DNA of 55,997 nt from a virus (Duplodnaviria; Caudoviricetes): positions 1 to 55,997 of the IMG/VR virus record IMGVR_UViG_3300048597_000462, one strand, 5' to 3'. Under the pieces are notes generated by a model. That model was not told the DNA's origin. It did not search any database and saw only the letters and a list, made by a program, of their open reading frames with translations. Position 1 is the stretch's first letter. Each line of letters begins with the position of its first letter. Both the position numbers and the translations under genes were made by a program. Below are positions 38,001-47,229 of the stretch, piece by piece.

Positions 38001-38529
38001 CAAAATCTTCAAATTGCTGCATTATATTAGATGGGCCCTGACTCACCCCACCTTTTTTTATCTCTAGATTTTCTGCTAATCTAAAATTATTTAATTCCTC
38101 TGTCCCAACTGTTTCACCTTGGGTGTTGTACCATACCTCGTCGTTAAATTTAATCTTGACAATATCTCCCACACCGTCAGGATAGCCATCACCAATAGCA
38201 AAGGCAAACGTGCCATAGTAGCGGTGTTGAACTGTTTCTGTTGTGGTAACAGTTCCGCCTCCCCCGCCTTTACCCCCGCCGGTTCTTTCTGTTGTACTAG
38301 TTATTTCGGGTCTGTCAATCTTTGGTAATGCCCAAAAGATAGGGCAACTTTTTACAATAGTTTTGCCATAATGCCGGTCTAAACTCCACCCCATTCCCGC
38401 TTTACGGGTTGAGATATCATCTAACTTGCCGGTTTCCTGCTGATTGTAAATATATTTAGTCGGAGTTAGAGCACGGGATAGCATCCCTAACCCCAAAGAA
38501 ACCGCCGTTCCAATTACAACATTAGCCAT
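35074..38529 (-). CDS. tail tip / host-specificity protein (GTA megatron-like) with IPT domain
   Basis: YG..IFW, FAGLAY, FGNELP, LPSEV.L.F, FSPTQG.IG..I.G.GF. Confidence 0.8.
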   Translation of the reverse strand: MANVVIGTAVSLGLGMLSRALTPTKYIYNQQETGKLDDISTRKAGMGWSLDRHYGKTIVKSCPIFWALPKIDRPEITSTTERTGGGKGGGGGTVTTTETVQHRYYGTFAFAIGDGYPDGVGDIVKIKFNDEVWYNTQGETVGTEELNNFRLAENLEIKKGGVSQGPSNIMQQFEDFDRIHFAGLAYCVIQDLPLAPFGNELPGQIDVELFGIADVGNSLTAVVRDAMEQVGLQSGVDYRELEITRTLIGATMKQDGSSVKSFLDDVMQVHFLMSYLDSEGKICINEERLGNVIVPTRSIAYEDLGAGEPTSDVAEPYTETIVSQKDLPSEVSLSFTNVEDGYNGGTESWNRPVALHHRPQSLSTALVLTPGMAREFCWRYLGLMYDQRNRYSFKFDPSIALELYSGQFINLPLRAGDPATTFQINQVTIGADLTGEVSATLFNGEAFAGVPSIARSRCRIYNGTPIQLQPNITATPVVRADGDLLVEGTDYTVNYATGLITLTGIDSGVRVCVDYQAEVNDDIDDYRPEDEFDFFGEPVATILDIHRVNATDPPCLYLAITPDPEYGDVGDTIIFASVDDSPFTQVGTAIGATTTGELVASLPLTEGLQPTQTVDIVLDRGFLDPLTDAQFTSNQLILLVGEEQISVKDVTLIDPLTYTIGNFKRGHNGTIAAAHAAGTPITVLRGPGQVIRLNGGSGLIDKELSIKLVPRNFTLESIESVATITVRGNYYRPYRPSDLESVKDQSGNITMVWQGNNTGLEELVPFEFDVFIPDATPERVFTVGTNSLTYTVDQQIEDFGSVQSTLDVIIYQLSKEYGLAAGIDTDRGYGLEATISPVLGVLLPVVEGFSPTQGEIGVEISIFGSGFTGATGAAIAGEPIEDFVVVDDNTITGTVADGTTTGKVGVTNAVGTGFSLTDFVIVELGINWGQIGGEIRDQLDLQNRFDRIRRFTTITGNVTIPSVGGTVNVTLADPDGFAPSVPVCLFRTSTVGSGSGYAQMLCIGRSGNTLTLERDATGLVTETEFLAGDIIAPIVDREVNIYGGLSVISGTANKSKNVESISTTKSLSLTSEYFQFLTPTSSSVVVELPAVTGSDYFEGEIINAGDGSNALEVQESDGTPIITLSIADLIRSIYYYWDGSIWRIFERNVYG

Positions 38530-38584
38530 GAAAAAACCTCCCGATAATCAATACTAAAGGGAGGTATCTTTCCTTTAAAATCAC

Positions 38585-38833
38585 CTATCTAGATTTTAAC
38601 CTTTCTCTAAATTGCTGCTCTGCAATCTTAAATTCATTCTGTAGAAATGATGGCAATGCCGGGCGCTTCCTCATGGACACGAAAGCAATATTTATAATTG
38701 CTAAATCATGTCCATCCTCCAATAAAATTCTTTTGCAGTCAGACTCAGTTAGCTTACTGGCTGACTCTACGGTAGTGGAATAGACAAACTCTCCCGTCCA
38801 CCGGCAATAAATATCAATGACAGTCTCGAACAT
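38585..38833 (-). CDS. hypothetical protein with its own promoter
   Basis: TTGCCT-17 nt-TATTGT, GTACACAAAC, AGGA ribosome-binding site. Confidence 0.6.
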   Translation of the reverse strand: MFETVIDIYCRWTGEFVYSTTVESASKLTESDCKRILLEDGHDLAIINIAFVSMRKRPALPSFLQNEFKIAEQQFRERLKSR

Positions 38834-38936
38834 AATCCTAGCTTGTGTTTGTGTACGTTTCACACAATAACACAATTTTGTAGACAAGGCAAACAAAAAA
38901 GGGGGCTACCCCCCATCAAAGCTAGGCAAACAATTT

Positions 38937-39716
38937 TTAGGCAGGAACGGGCACCCCGGCGGCGGCGCAGGCGATCTCAATCTCAGCTTTCCGGGCGTCA
39001 GTTTCGTTCGCATAAACGGTAGTTTTCCGGTAGGGGCTTTGCCATTTGGCGGTCAGCACCGGACGACGCACCTCGTTAATCGGGGCCGGGTCACCACTAA
39101 TCCGCACAAGAGCAGGGCCAAACGCATACTCAAAATTCCCGGCGTTATCAGCAGGCATCCCACCAAAGAGAAACAGCCGACCAGTAAAACCCTCGTGGTT
39201 ATCCACACTGGGCAGAATGTGCCGATAATAGCCAGCGTCATTAGGATAGATGATCATATTGGCGGTCATCTCCCAGGTCACAGACACCCGTTCATCGGAG
39301 TCCTGTTCGCCATTACCAAGTAATTTGGTGTTTACCATGCCCACATCTTGGTTCCAGTTGCCAATCTCAGAAACGGATAGGCGCACCAATCCCCAAATGG
39401 TGGTAGTACCAGAAGCGGCACCAGCAGCAGGGAAAATAGGCACAGTGGTAGAGCTAGTTGCCACCAACGTCCCCTGGGAAACGGTGATGCTGCCAGTGGT
39501 CAAAGTCAACACAGTACCAGCATCTAAAAACACGGGGGCATCAGCAGTGATATCTGCTTCCGTGTCATCAGCAATAACCGATGCAACAGTCAATTCGTAT
39601 TCGTTGGGCAAACCAGTGGTTTCGGTGATCGCCGCACCTTTCAAAAACGCTCGGTTAGTTTGAATACCATTTACGGGAGAGCCTTCGCTCAAAAGCCCTA
39701 AGTCTAATAAAGCCAT
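38937..39716 (-). CDS. putative major tail tube protein
   Basis: 259-aa Ala/Thr/Gly-rich protein, GAGG ribosome-binding site, follows neck-like genes, downstream hairpin. Confidence 0.55.
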   Translation of the reverse strand: MALLDLGLLSEGSPVNGIQTNRAFLKGAAITETTGLPNEYELTVASVIADDTEADITADAPVFLDAGTVLTLTTGSITVSQGTLVATSSTTVPIFPAAGAASGTTTIWGLVRLSVSEIGNWNQDVGMVNTKLLGNGEQDSDERVSVTWEMTANMIIYPNDAGYYRHILPSVDNHEGFTGRLFLFGGMPADNAGNFEYAFGPALVRISGDPAPINEVRRPVLTAKWQSPYRKTTVYANETDARKAEIEIACAAAGVPVPA

Positions 39717-39742
39717 ACATATTCCTCTACGTAGAGTATTTA

Positions 39743-40192
39743 TTAAATATTAATTGCCTCCCTAAAAACGAACTCCCTGAACGAACAATAGAATTGCGGG
39801 AAGCTCCCCACCTTGGGATTGGCATCTTGAAAACTATACTGAAATCCTAAAAATTTTTCTGACCGCTGCATGGTCAAAACGGCATTCATCGCCTTAATAT
39901 CAAGAGTTCCATTTCGCAAAACTATATTAAGGCGATACCTTCCCTGACCAAATATTCTGCCCCCTACCCGATGACTTTTTTCTAGGTCAGGATAGGACAA
40001 AATAAACTCTAACCCTTCAACTTTTGATACCCCGGCAGGAATAGTCCCCACGGCAAAAGCAGTGTTTTGATAGCCATTATTAAAGATGTATTTGCCTATC
40101 ACTCCATAATTCGTAACAGCTTTAGTGGTAGGATTTCTAGTCACCCCTAAAAGCGTTTCAATCTCATTTCTGTAGGCTAAAGGGCTGGTCAT
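39743..40192 (-). CDS. putative tail terminator protein
   Basis: Size and position only. Confidence 0.45.
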   Translation of the reverse strand: MTSPLAYRNEIETLLGVTRNPTTKAVTNYGVIGKYIFNNGYQNTAFAVGTIPAGVSKVEGLEFILSYPDLEKSHRVGGRIFGQGRYRLNIVLRNGTLDIKAMNAVLTMQRSEKFLGFQYSFQDANPKVGSFPQFYCSFREFVFREAINI

Positions 40193-40389
40193 TGGTTCAC
40201 CATTAAAAATCTAACAATATTTTGCTGAATCATAGTGGATCTAGTTGCCGCTAATAACATCGGACGTAATTCTTCGGCGGATAATCTTTCAACTGCCAAC
40301 TCAACTTTTCGGTAATCCAATGATTGATGAAAGTCTAACTCCAATACCTTTTCAGGAATAGCTTTTAACCGCATCACCCTTGCCTCCAT
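40189..40389 (-). CDS. NblA-like small helical protein
   Basis: LDFHQ.L.YR.VE.AVERLSAEELR.ML....R.TMIQQN.VR.LM resembles the NblA pattern (L.LEQ.F....V..MS.EQ...L......M...N...L). Confidence 0.5.
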   Translation of the reverse strand: MEARVMRLKAIPEKVLELDFHQSLDYRKVELAVERLSAEELRPMLLAATRSTMIQQNIVRFLMVNQ

Positions 40390-40775
40390 CCTTTATAAAA
40401 TTCTTGTTTGATATTAACTTTAGCCACTCCCACATCCGGGAACGGTCGCCCCGGCACTCGCCCATTAGCCGTTGACCACCCGGTATAAACCAACGTCGCT
40501 GGTGTTTCCCCTAAACCATTCCACTCCCAAATCGTTTGATAACCCTGCCTGGTCATATTTTGGGATTCACCCAAATTACCCAAATCCAAAATATTCCGAT
40601 AGCTCCCCACCACCACTTCCCCATTACGGCGGTGAGTAATTCCAAACCCCGGCTCCCACTGACTGGGAAAAACAATTGTCTCTAAAATAGCATCGTCAAT
40701 GGCGTTAGAGACGGCATCAATTGCCGCCAAAACTTTCTGTTCATAATCATCATTATTGCGGCTAAATCTTTTCAC
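40374..40775 (-). CDS. putative neck/tail-completion protein
   Basis: RNI.DLGNL..S, LVYTG, PGRPF. Confidence 0.55.
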   Translation of the reverse strand: MKRFSRNNDDYEQKVLAAIDAVSNAIDDAILETIVFPSQWEPGFGITHRRNGEVVVGSYRNILDLGNLGESQNMTRQGYQTIWEWNGLGETPATLVYTGWSTANGRVPGRPFPDVGVAKVNIKQEFYKGWRQG

Positions 40776-41572
40776 TTTCTTAAATCCGTTGCAGTGGGGA
40801 AAAAATTACCATCGGTGGGAAAACCACCCCACTTTTCTTGATTACCAAAAATAGTTTGGCAAGTCCAGAAACTACCATCGCATCCCGGCACCAATTGCAC
40901 TTCATCTCCGACGGCAAAGGCATAGGGCGGATTCTTTCTGATAGTAACCGTTGATCCACTGACACTATCAATTTCAAATTTAAACCCTGCATTAGCTCCA
41001 GTATTAACCTCAATATAACCGCTTCCACTAGACCAATTAAAAATATGAGGATTAGTGATAGTTTCTGTAATTACAAATTGCTTGGGAGCACCAATACTTA
41101 CAATCGTCCCCAGATGCCCATAATCGTACTTATTCCTGCCACAGCGGGGACTATCTAATCGCCCCGTGTATCGGCAATTTGGCTGCATTATATTATGTAC
41201 TGTGTCATTTAACCTGTCGGCATTTGTCTGTACGGTCATCCGCCATGTTAGTCCATCCTGAACGACTTCGCCCCAGCGTCCTTTAGCCAAAGTTCTGACC
41301 TTCTGTTTTGTGAGCCAATTACCCACAAACACTTCCACTTCGGCATCGGTAAATTTACCCAACCTAATATCAATATCGGAGATTAATTCCGTATTCAAAA
41401 AGCCCTTTACTTCAAAATTACTAGCCCCACTTTCTGAGTCTTGACTTACTGCCGTGGGATCAATGGCACCGCTGGCATGGTAAACCACACCCCCAATTGT
41501 TACGTCACAATCAAACGAGGTAAAGCCTAAATCGCCAATTTTGATAAAGTGTGCGTAGGGTAAAACAGACAT
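40772..41572 (-). CDS. baseplate hub protein (DUF2163/BR0599-like)
   Basis: LGFTSFDCD, CRY..L...RCG, VGD.V.LVPGCD...TC..FGN...GGFP. Confidence 0.85.
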   Translation of the reverse strand: MSVLPYAHFIKIGDLGFTSFDCDVTIGGVVYHASGAIDPTAVSQDSESGASNFEVKGFLNTELISDIDIRLGKFTDAEVEVFVGNWLTKQKVRTLAKGRWGEVVQDGLTWRMTVQTNADRLNDTVHNIMQPNCRYTGRLDSPRCGRNKYDYGHLGTIVSIGAPKQFVITETITNPHIFNWSSGSGYIEVNTGANAGFKFEIDSVSGSTVTIRKNPPYAFAVGDEVQLVPGCDGSFWTCQTIFGNQEKWGGFPTDGNFFPTATDLRK

Positions 41573-41645
41573 TACGGTAAACCTCCTATTGGCAAATCTT
41601 AAACTTAGCGGCTATGTTTGAGTTATACACAGTAGGAGTAAAAAC

Positions 41646-42359
41646 ATGGCACGGCAAAAAACTTTCCCGCCCGAAACGGTGCGGGTTTTTAAGCTAGCAA
41701 GAAAAATTTGTGACCTTTTCACGGAGGATGAATTGCGCCGCATTTCCCCCGTAGACCCCTACACAATTCAGCGGTGGGCAGAAGAAAAGCATGGCCCACG
41801 GGGCAACAATGACCTGGCCATGGCTCAAATAATTGCGGTTAAAGAATCCAGTATCCAAGCTTACCTGGACGGAGACATTGACCTGGAAACCCTATGGAGT
41901 CGCCGTAATGAAGCCCCACGGGTGAACGTAGCAGAGTCCACAAACTTTGACGATATTGTGGTAATCGTCAAAAATCTTTGCTCCACAGACCGATTCAGAC
42001 TCGCAATGATCGCCTTGGAGTCAATCAAGCCGGGGGAAATCAACCCCGACAGCAATCCTAAAATCCAACTAGGGGCACGTTCCAAAACCCGGCTCAAAGC
42101 CCTTCTTAATACATCGATGACGCACCAGCGCCAAACTCCTAAAACACTGATTACCGCTGGCGTTGACCCTTCCCTAGTCCACGACCTAGTGGATAAATTT
42201 GAGAAGGATTACTCGGAGCAAACCTACCAAACTTTATTACCCTACCTGAGCAAGCCCACTCTGTGGGTAGACGACGACCTAGTCCAGGTTTCTCTTACTG
42301 AAACCATCACTTCCCTGGAGGAACTGTGGACAGAAATCGAATGGACACCACCCGGATAA
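41646..42359 (+). CDS. hypothetical protein, possible N-terminal HTH regulator
   Basis: VDPYTIQRW; AGGAG ribosome-binding site. Confidence 0.6.
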   Translation: MARQKTFPPETVRVFKLARKICDLFTEDELRRISPVDPYTIQRWAEEKHGPRGNNDLAMAQIIAVKESSIQAYLDGDIDLETLWSRRNEAPRVNVAESTNFDDIVVIVKNLCSTDRFRLAMIALESIKPGEINPDSNPKIQLGARSKTRLKALLNTSMTHQRQTPKTLITAGVDPSLVHDLVDKFEKDYSEQTYQTLLPYLSKPTLWVDDDLVQVSLTETITSLEELWTEIEWTPPG

Positions 42360-42711
42360 CCTGAAACCCATGGCAGTTCTCACATTCCATCTCCAATAGC
42401 CCATACTGCCCATCAACCTCTACCGCCGCTGAATTACCCAACACCACCCAGTCCCTAGGGACTGTTTTTTTTCGCAATTCTCGACAAGGTAAATTCTCAT
42501 ATACTATTTCGGCTGTACCAATCCGGCGGATATAAACAGACTCAAGCATCCGTGCCACATGGTATTCCAAGCACCCTCGTACTGCCCCATCGATGGCTTC
42601 AGGGCGGGTTTCTGCCGAAATGAAGAATTCACAGTGGGCGTTCCAAGCCCTGGCGATCCACTCGTTGCTTTCTCGCTGAACACTAATTTTGAAGTCTTTA
42701 ACCAGTAGCAT
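42307..42711 (-). CDS. hypothetical protein
   Basis: Overlaps the primase stop; CENC near C-terminus. Confidence 0.5.
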   Translation of the reverse strand: MLLVKDFKISVQRESNEWIARAWNAHCEFFISAETRPEAIDGAVRGCLEYHVARMLESVYIRRIGTAEIVYENLPCRELRKKTVPRDWVVLGNSAAVEVDGQYGLLEMECENCHGFQVIRVVSIRFLSTVPPGK

Positions 42712-45700
42712 ACAGATCACCTTTGCAAACTCTGATTATCCTAAATAGGAGTCTCAATGACTTACTTACGGGCAATCTGTTGATGGACTCTAAAACGTTC
42801 TCCCATTTGAATGGGGCGATATAATCCCGGAACCCTTCGCTAAACTCTCGGTCTGACAATGGCAACTCAGACAATGCGGGGATTAACTCGGTGGTGAGCA
42901 TTGCCACTTCTTCCCGGTCAGCTTCCGCCAATGCCTCATCCTGCTTAGGCTCCGGGTTCATAATCGCCAACACCACCTGCTTGAAACGCTCAAAACTGCC
43001 CAGATATTTCTTGCACCACTGGCTCAATGCTGATGCTGTCACCCCCAGGTTATAAGCAAACCTGTTCTGGGAAAGTTTTAACCACTCTTCCTCGCCAAAT
43101 TCTTTGACCCAGGCGATCGCCGCTGACTGATTCCTCGCCTTGACTCGGTTCTCAATGGTGCCAAACTCCGGGTCTAGCGTGCCAATGTCTATCCGCTCTA
43201 CCTTGATGCCTAATTCTTCAAGGAAGCTCAGGTCACCCTCCGCCACGACATGGAAAGTCAATCCTTCCCCTGGGCGGCGGTTGGCCCGCAGTCTGCCCGT
43301 TTCCTGTTGCACCGTAGCCGCTACCTTATGGGCATAGTACCGACAAAATCCTTCATCTTCAAAGCTGACAATGGTGCCAGTCATTGCCTGATATTCATTC
43401 AGCACTGCCCCTAAATTGGGTCGATATAACCCCAGGGACAATACATGGCGCTTGTGCTGGAAGGCGTTACTGCCCCGGCTATCCCCGCCATGGATTAAAT
43501 CCCCCGGCTCACTATGGGCTTTGAACTCAATTACTCCCAAGTCTTTATACTTTTCGCTGAAATATTTACGGATCTTTTTAGCCCGGTTTAGTTCATCCTT
43601 TGACCTCTGGTTCCCCAACCGTCCGGCTCCCACATACTGTTTCACTGTCAAATTTTCCAACCGGTCTGACTCTTGGCGAATCACTAAAATCTCAGACTCC
43701 GGCACTCCCAAGGCGATCGCCAATTGCTCCCGGCTATGGGTCGCATCCTGAAAAAACGTACAGTGACAATCTTTTAAACTGTCCACCATGCGCTGATTCC
43801 TGACAGTCATGGTCAGGATTTTATTGCCCGCCGATAAACTCCCCGCCATCCGCTTAGTTAAAATCGCCACCAATTTATAAAGGAAGTTCTGGTGTAACTC
43901 GGCACCGGCGACCAACTCTTTTATCTCAGGGCGGCTCCCCGCTTCAAACTCTTTAATCTGCTCTAAATATTCGTCTAGCCCTGGCAGATCAGCATCGGCA
44001 AACTTTTCCATTAAGCCCGCCATCGTCCATCCCCACCGGGGAGCAGGGCTGTTCTCACTGTCGTAAATCTCTGAAAGAGTGTCTTTTAGCGGCAATAACC
44101 GCCGGTATAATTCCCGGTTGGCTTCTTTCAGCTTGCTAAAAACTGACCGGAGATCCCGCTCCGTCACCTCTACTGTGACCGTCCACTCTGCCATCTCCGA
44201 CTCGTCAACGATGGACACCACGTTGTGGTCTAAAAGTTTTTCCGGGATGCCCCGGAGATGAGCATGGATTTTATCTTGACTCTTGATATTCTTGGTCATG
44301 GACAGATAGCCATAGCCATCGCCCCGTTCCGTCCGGCACTTTTGGAAATGTTCACACCCACCACATATCCCTTTCGGGTCGTGTCCCTTGGTGTAGCAAT
44401 CGGTGAATAGGTGGGCTAAATGGCACGTTGCCTTGGTTCTTAATTCTGGCTCAGTGTCCGGATCTTCGATTTGCGTCCGGGTTGGTCTACCACCGGGGGT
44501 TAATTTATCGTAATTCAGCAAAAACCCCTGGTTCCGGGTGGGCATCTCGAAAAAATCGTCTTCAATCTTGGCGCTGTTGGGATTACGTGGTGATTGACTG
44601 AAGTAAATCAAACGTTTGAAGCTATCGTCTTCTTCATCTTCAAACACAAAAAATGACTTTGGTGACAGGTTGCCGACGGTGTGAGTTTTGCCGGAACCGG
44701 TAGGGGAACAATCCAAAACATATTTATATCCTAACCGTCCTGCTTCCTGGTATATTTTCGCCCCGTCGCCCCGCTTAAACTCTACTATCTGCCCTTCGTA
44801 ATCTTCCTTCAAAACCAACCGGGCCTGCTTTGCCCCACCGTTTTTTATAGTGGTTATCGGTGTTGACCGCCAGAGCTTAAGGGCGAATTTCGATAAACGG
44901 CTGAGTAAACTTTTCTGCCCCTGTACTTCCCTCCTTTTTTCTACACTTTCCTTATATGCCTTAGCCTGTAAAGGATTGTACCCCGCTTGCTTTTTACGCC
45001 ATGCCAGAATGCAATTCTCCATTGCCTCTGGAGTTAATGATGGTCGGGATGCCCTTTTTCGGGCATTGAAAAGCACTTTATCTATATCGGATGAGGAACG
45101 GTAAGACTCCGAACTTCTCAGAGCAAATTCGCTAAATAAGTCCTCAGCATTACCGGTGAACCGATACCCTGACTGCTCCAACCATTCCTGGGTCGCAATC
45201 AAATTACACGCCAATTTGAAGCCTTGGTTATAACCCAGTCCCTTTGGAACGCCACTGTTTATCAAATCTCGGTCAGATTTAGTTAGGCAAACTTCCAAAG
45301 GAAAGTCAGCATCCCCTACAATTTCCTTTCTTTGTTTGAGTTCAGCCAAACGTACTTTTACTTCAGCAGGGTCTATAGCTGCACTCACTTCCGCCCATGA
45401 CGTATCATCCCAGTTAGGCAACAATCCGTCTAAAGTTTCCAGACTGTACCTTATGCCGCTACCCTGACACACGGTAACAGGGTAGGGTTCCGCCCCTCCC
45501 TTCATATGGTTAAATCCAGCCAACCGCATTAGCCGGGATTCATTGTGAATACTGCGGTCTGAGTCCATTAACTGAATTAACCGCTGTTGATATTTTCGCC
45601 AATCCTCACCAGCTAAATCAGTTTGATCTAAGTAGTAATAAATATGAAGACTATGCCTGGTGTCAATTACGGCTGATGGCTCAATAGGTAAGCGCTCTAG

Positions 45701-46048
45701 ACGCTTCCACTGCTCATCCTTCGACATATAGTCGCATTCAAAAAAGAGGGAGGTAAACTCTGTAATGTCTGCATCCTCATTACCTCCTTTGTTAACCACT
45801 AGATAAACGCCATAGCCACGGTCATTGAGCTTTTCTAGATACCTCAGCCCATCTTTCTTTGTATATTGATATTTCCCACTAGTCTTGAAAAACTCCCACG
45901 TCCCTATAGTGAGAGTCCCCGTCATGGGGTAAAGCTTATCTTCCTTTACATCAAATCCTTTGCCAGCTATCAGACGGACATGAAGCGTTTCACCGTCTCG
46001 GTAGCCTAGGTCGTAAACTTGCTGGATTGCTGGATGTTTGTGCGCCAT
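42698..46048 (-). CDS. RepB-like primase fused to a helicase-like domain
   Basis: GVYLVVN, FFECD, SLHIYY, SRLMRLAGF.H; PTGSGKT, IVDE, QETGRLR. Confidence 0.82.
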   Translation of the reverse strand: MAHKHPAIQQVYDLGYRDGETLHVRLIAGKGFDVKEDKLYPMTGTLTIGTWEFFKTSGKYQYTKKDGLRYLEKLNDRGYGVYLVVNKGGNEDADITEFTSLFFECDYMSKDEQWKRLERLPIEPSAVIDTRHSLHIYYYLDQTDLAGEDWRKYQQRLIQLMDSDRSIHNESRLMRLAGFNHMKGGAEPYPVTVCQGSGIRYSLETLDGLLPNWDDTSWAEVSAAIDPAEVKVRLAELKQRKEIVGDADFPLEVCLTKSDRDLINSGVPKGLGYNQGFKLACNLIATQEWLEQSGYRFTGNAEDLFSEFALRSSESYRSSSDIDKVLFNARKRASRPSLTPEAMENCILAWRKKQAGYNPLQAKAYKESVEKRREVQGQKSLLSRLSKFALKLWRSTPITTIKNGGAKQARLVLKEDYEGQIVEFKRGDGAKIYQEAGRLGYKYVLDCSPTGSGKTHTVGNLSPKSFFVFEDEEDDSFKRLIYFSQSPRNPNSAKIEDDFFEMPTRNQGFLLNYDKLTPGGRPTRTQIEDPDTEPELRTKATCHLAHLFTDCYTKGHDPKGICGGCEHFQKCRTERGDGYGYLSMTKNIKSQDKIHAHLRGIPEKLLDHNVVSIVDESEMAEWTVTVEVTERDLRSVFSKLKEANRELYRRLLPLKDTLSEIYDSENSPAPRWGWTMAGLMEKFADADLPGLDEYLEQIKEFEAGSRPEIKELVAGAELHQNFLYKLVAILTKRMAGSLSAGNKILTMTVRNQRMVDSLKDCHCTFFQDATHSREQLAIALGVPESEILVIRQESDRLENLTVKQYVGAGRLGNQRSKDELNRAKKIRKYFSEKYKDLGVIEFKAHSEPGDLIHGGDSRGSNAFQHKRHVLSLGLYRPNLGAVLNEYQAMTGTIVSFEDEGFCRYYAHKVAATVQQETGRLRANRRPGEGLTFHVVAEGDLSFLEELGIKVERIDIGTLDPEFGTIENRVKARNQSAAIAWVKEFGEEEWLKLSQNRFAYNLGVTASALSQWCKKYLGSFERFKQVVLAIMNPEPKQDEALAEADREEVAMLTTELIPALSELPLSDREFSEGFRDYIAPFKWENVLESINRLPVSKSLRLLFRIIRVCKGDLYATG

Positions 46049-46166
46049 AGCTCATATTCTTGCCGATTGACTTTCATTGTAGCTCACAGGCACAAAAAAA
46101 TCTCCCCAAAAAAAAGGAGATTTTAAGTAATCGACAAAAATGAGCATGTTATACACACTTCCGATT

Positions 46167-46361
46167 CTATGATAACACACAAACGTTCACCAAATCTAGG
46201 GACTCTGCTTTAGACAATGCTTCCCGCCCCAACCATTTATGGAACGCCCCGCAGTCAAAGCAGTTAACCTTGGCGGCGTGGAGATTGCCAGTGGGAACCA
46301 TTATAGCCCCATGCTGAGACCCGCAGTGCCGACAAGGTACCTTCAGTTTACATTTTTTCAT
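46167..46361 (-). CDS. zinc-ribbon protein
   Basis: CRHCGS ... HAAK..CFDCGAFHKWL. Confidence 0.7.
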   Translation of the reverse strand: MKKCKLKVPCRHCGSQHGAIMVPTGNLHAAKVNCFDCGAFHKWLGREALSKAESLDLVNVCVLS

Positions 46362-46392
46362 TTGAATGTGTGAGTAAACAACATAACAAACT

Positions 46393-47022
46393 TTAAACAA
46401 CCTTAAACTCAATTACCCATACCCACGGGTTAGACTCCCATGGGTGCTTATTGGAATAAATAGAATTCCAAAGAAACTTGAAAGCCCATTTAGCGTGATA
46501 CAGTTTATATTCGTAATAATTACGGCTACAAAACGAGCAACCACTTTGCAGATCTTCTGACAAGGCTTCTGTCACCCCCTCGGCAATAGCGTCCTGTTCG
46601 GAAATATCCTGCAATCTTTCAACCCTTATACCAGTAATTTCTAGGGTGATGCGGGATGCTTCACGGGGCATATGGATTGATGGTTTCCATTTGATTTTTT
46701 TAATTAGCTTAGGGTCACTGTAGTCGGCACGATAAACAATATAGTCACAGTCCATCTCGCCCCCGTGAATCCCTGAAAACCCAGTGCTGGTTAACTCAGC
46801 CCAGGTTTCCCTCACCCAAAGATAATCTCCAATATTGCCATAAGGGTAAGGAATTGCGTCTAGTGATTCCCCACCCCACTCCATCCCGTAGTTCCCATAT
46901 ATGGGGGTAGTATTTTGGTAAATAGGTTGACGGCTAACAACTCGCCTAGTCTGCTTTTTGCGTCCATCCAAAATAGCTCGAACCATTTCGGCATTGAAAA
47001 TAATTGGCTTAGTCTGTGGCAT
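46393..47022 (-). CDS. ASCH-like phage protein
   Basis: FNAEMVRAILDGRK.QTRR, LWVRETW, WKPSIHMPR, NPWVWVIEF. Confidence 0.88.
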   Translation of the reverse strand: MPQTKPIIFNAEMVRAILDGRKKQTRRVVSRQPIYQNTTPIYGNYGMEWGGESLDAIPYPYGNIGDYLWVRETWAELTSTGFSGIHGGEMDCDYIVYRADYSDPKLIKKIKWKPSIHMPREASRITLEITGIRVERLQDISEQDAIAEGVTEALSEDLQSGCSFCSRNYYEYKLYHAKWAFKFLWNSIYSNKHPWESNPWVWVIEFKVV

Positions 47023-47080
47023 CTTAATTATCTCCATTTGTGTACATCTACAATATAACATAATTTTGTAGTCACAGGGT

Positions 47081-47120
47081 ATTAAGTGCATCTATAAAAG
47101 ACTCTATAGCACCGCTTAAT
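47081..47120. promoter_or_regulatory. 40-bp palindrome, copy 5
   Basis: ATTAAGTGCATCTATA-AAAGACTC-TATAGCACCGCTTAAT. Confidence 0.85.
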
Positions 47121-47229
47121 ATCCCCCGGATGCCCCTAAAGTCCTTACTGTTTATAGGTTTACTCACTTTGTTTGACTCCCCCACGAAAACAGTGTTACC
47201 CTTGTTGTGTACACAATCATAGATAAACG

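Noticed and set aside
36000-39000. A sixth 40-bp palindrome predicted near 37 kb from the spacing
   Set aside because: None found by eye, so the regular spacing remains only suggestive
1966-47120. 40-bp palindromes as CRISPR repeats or protelomerase sites
   Set aside because: Copies are kilobases apart with no spacer array or cas genes; they are imperfect with asymmetric centres and no protelomerase was seen
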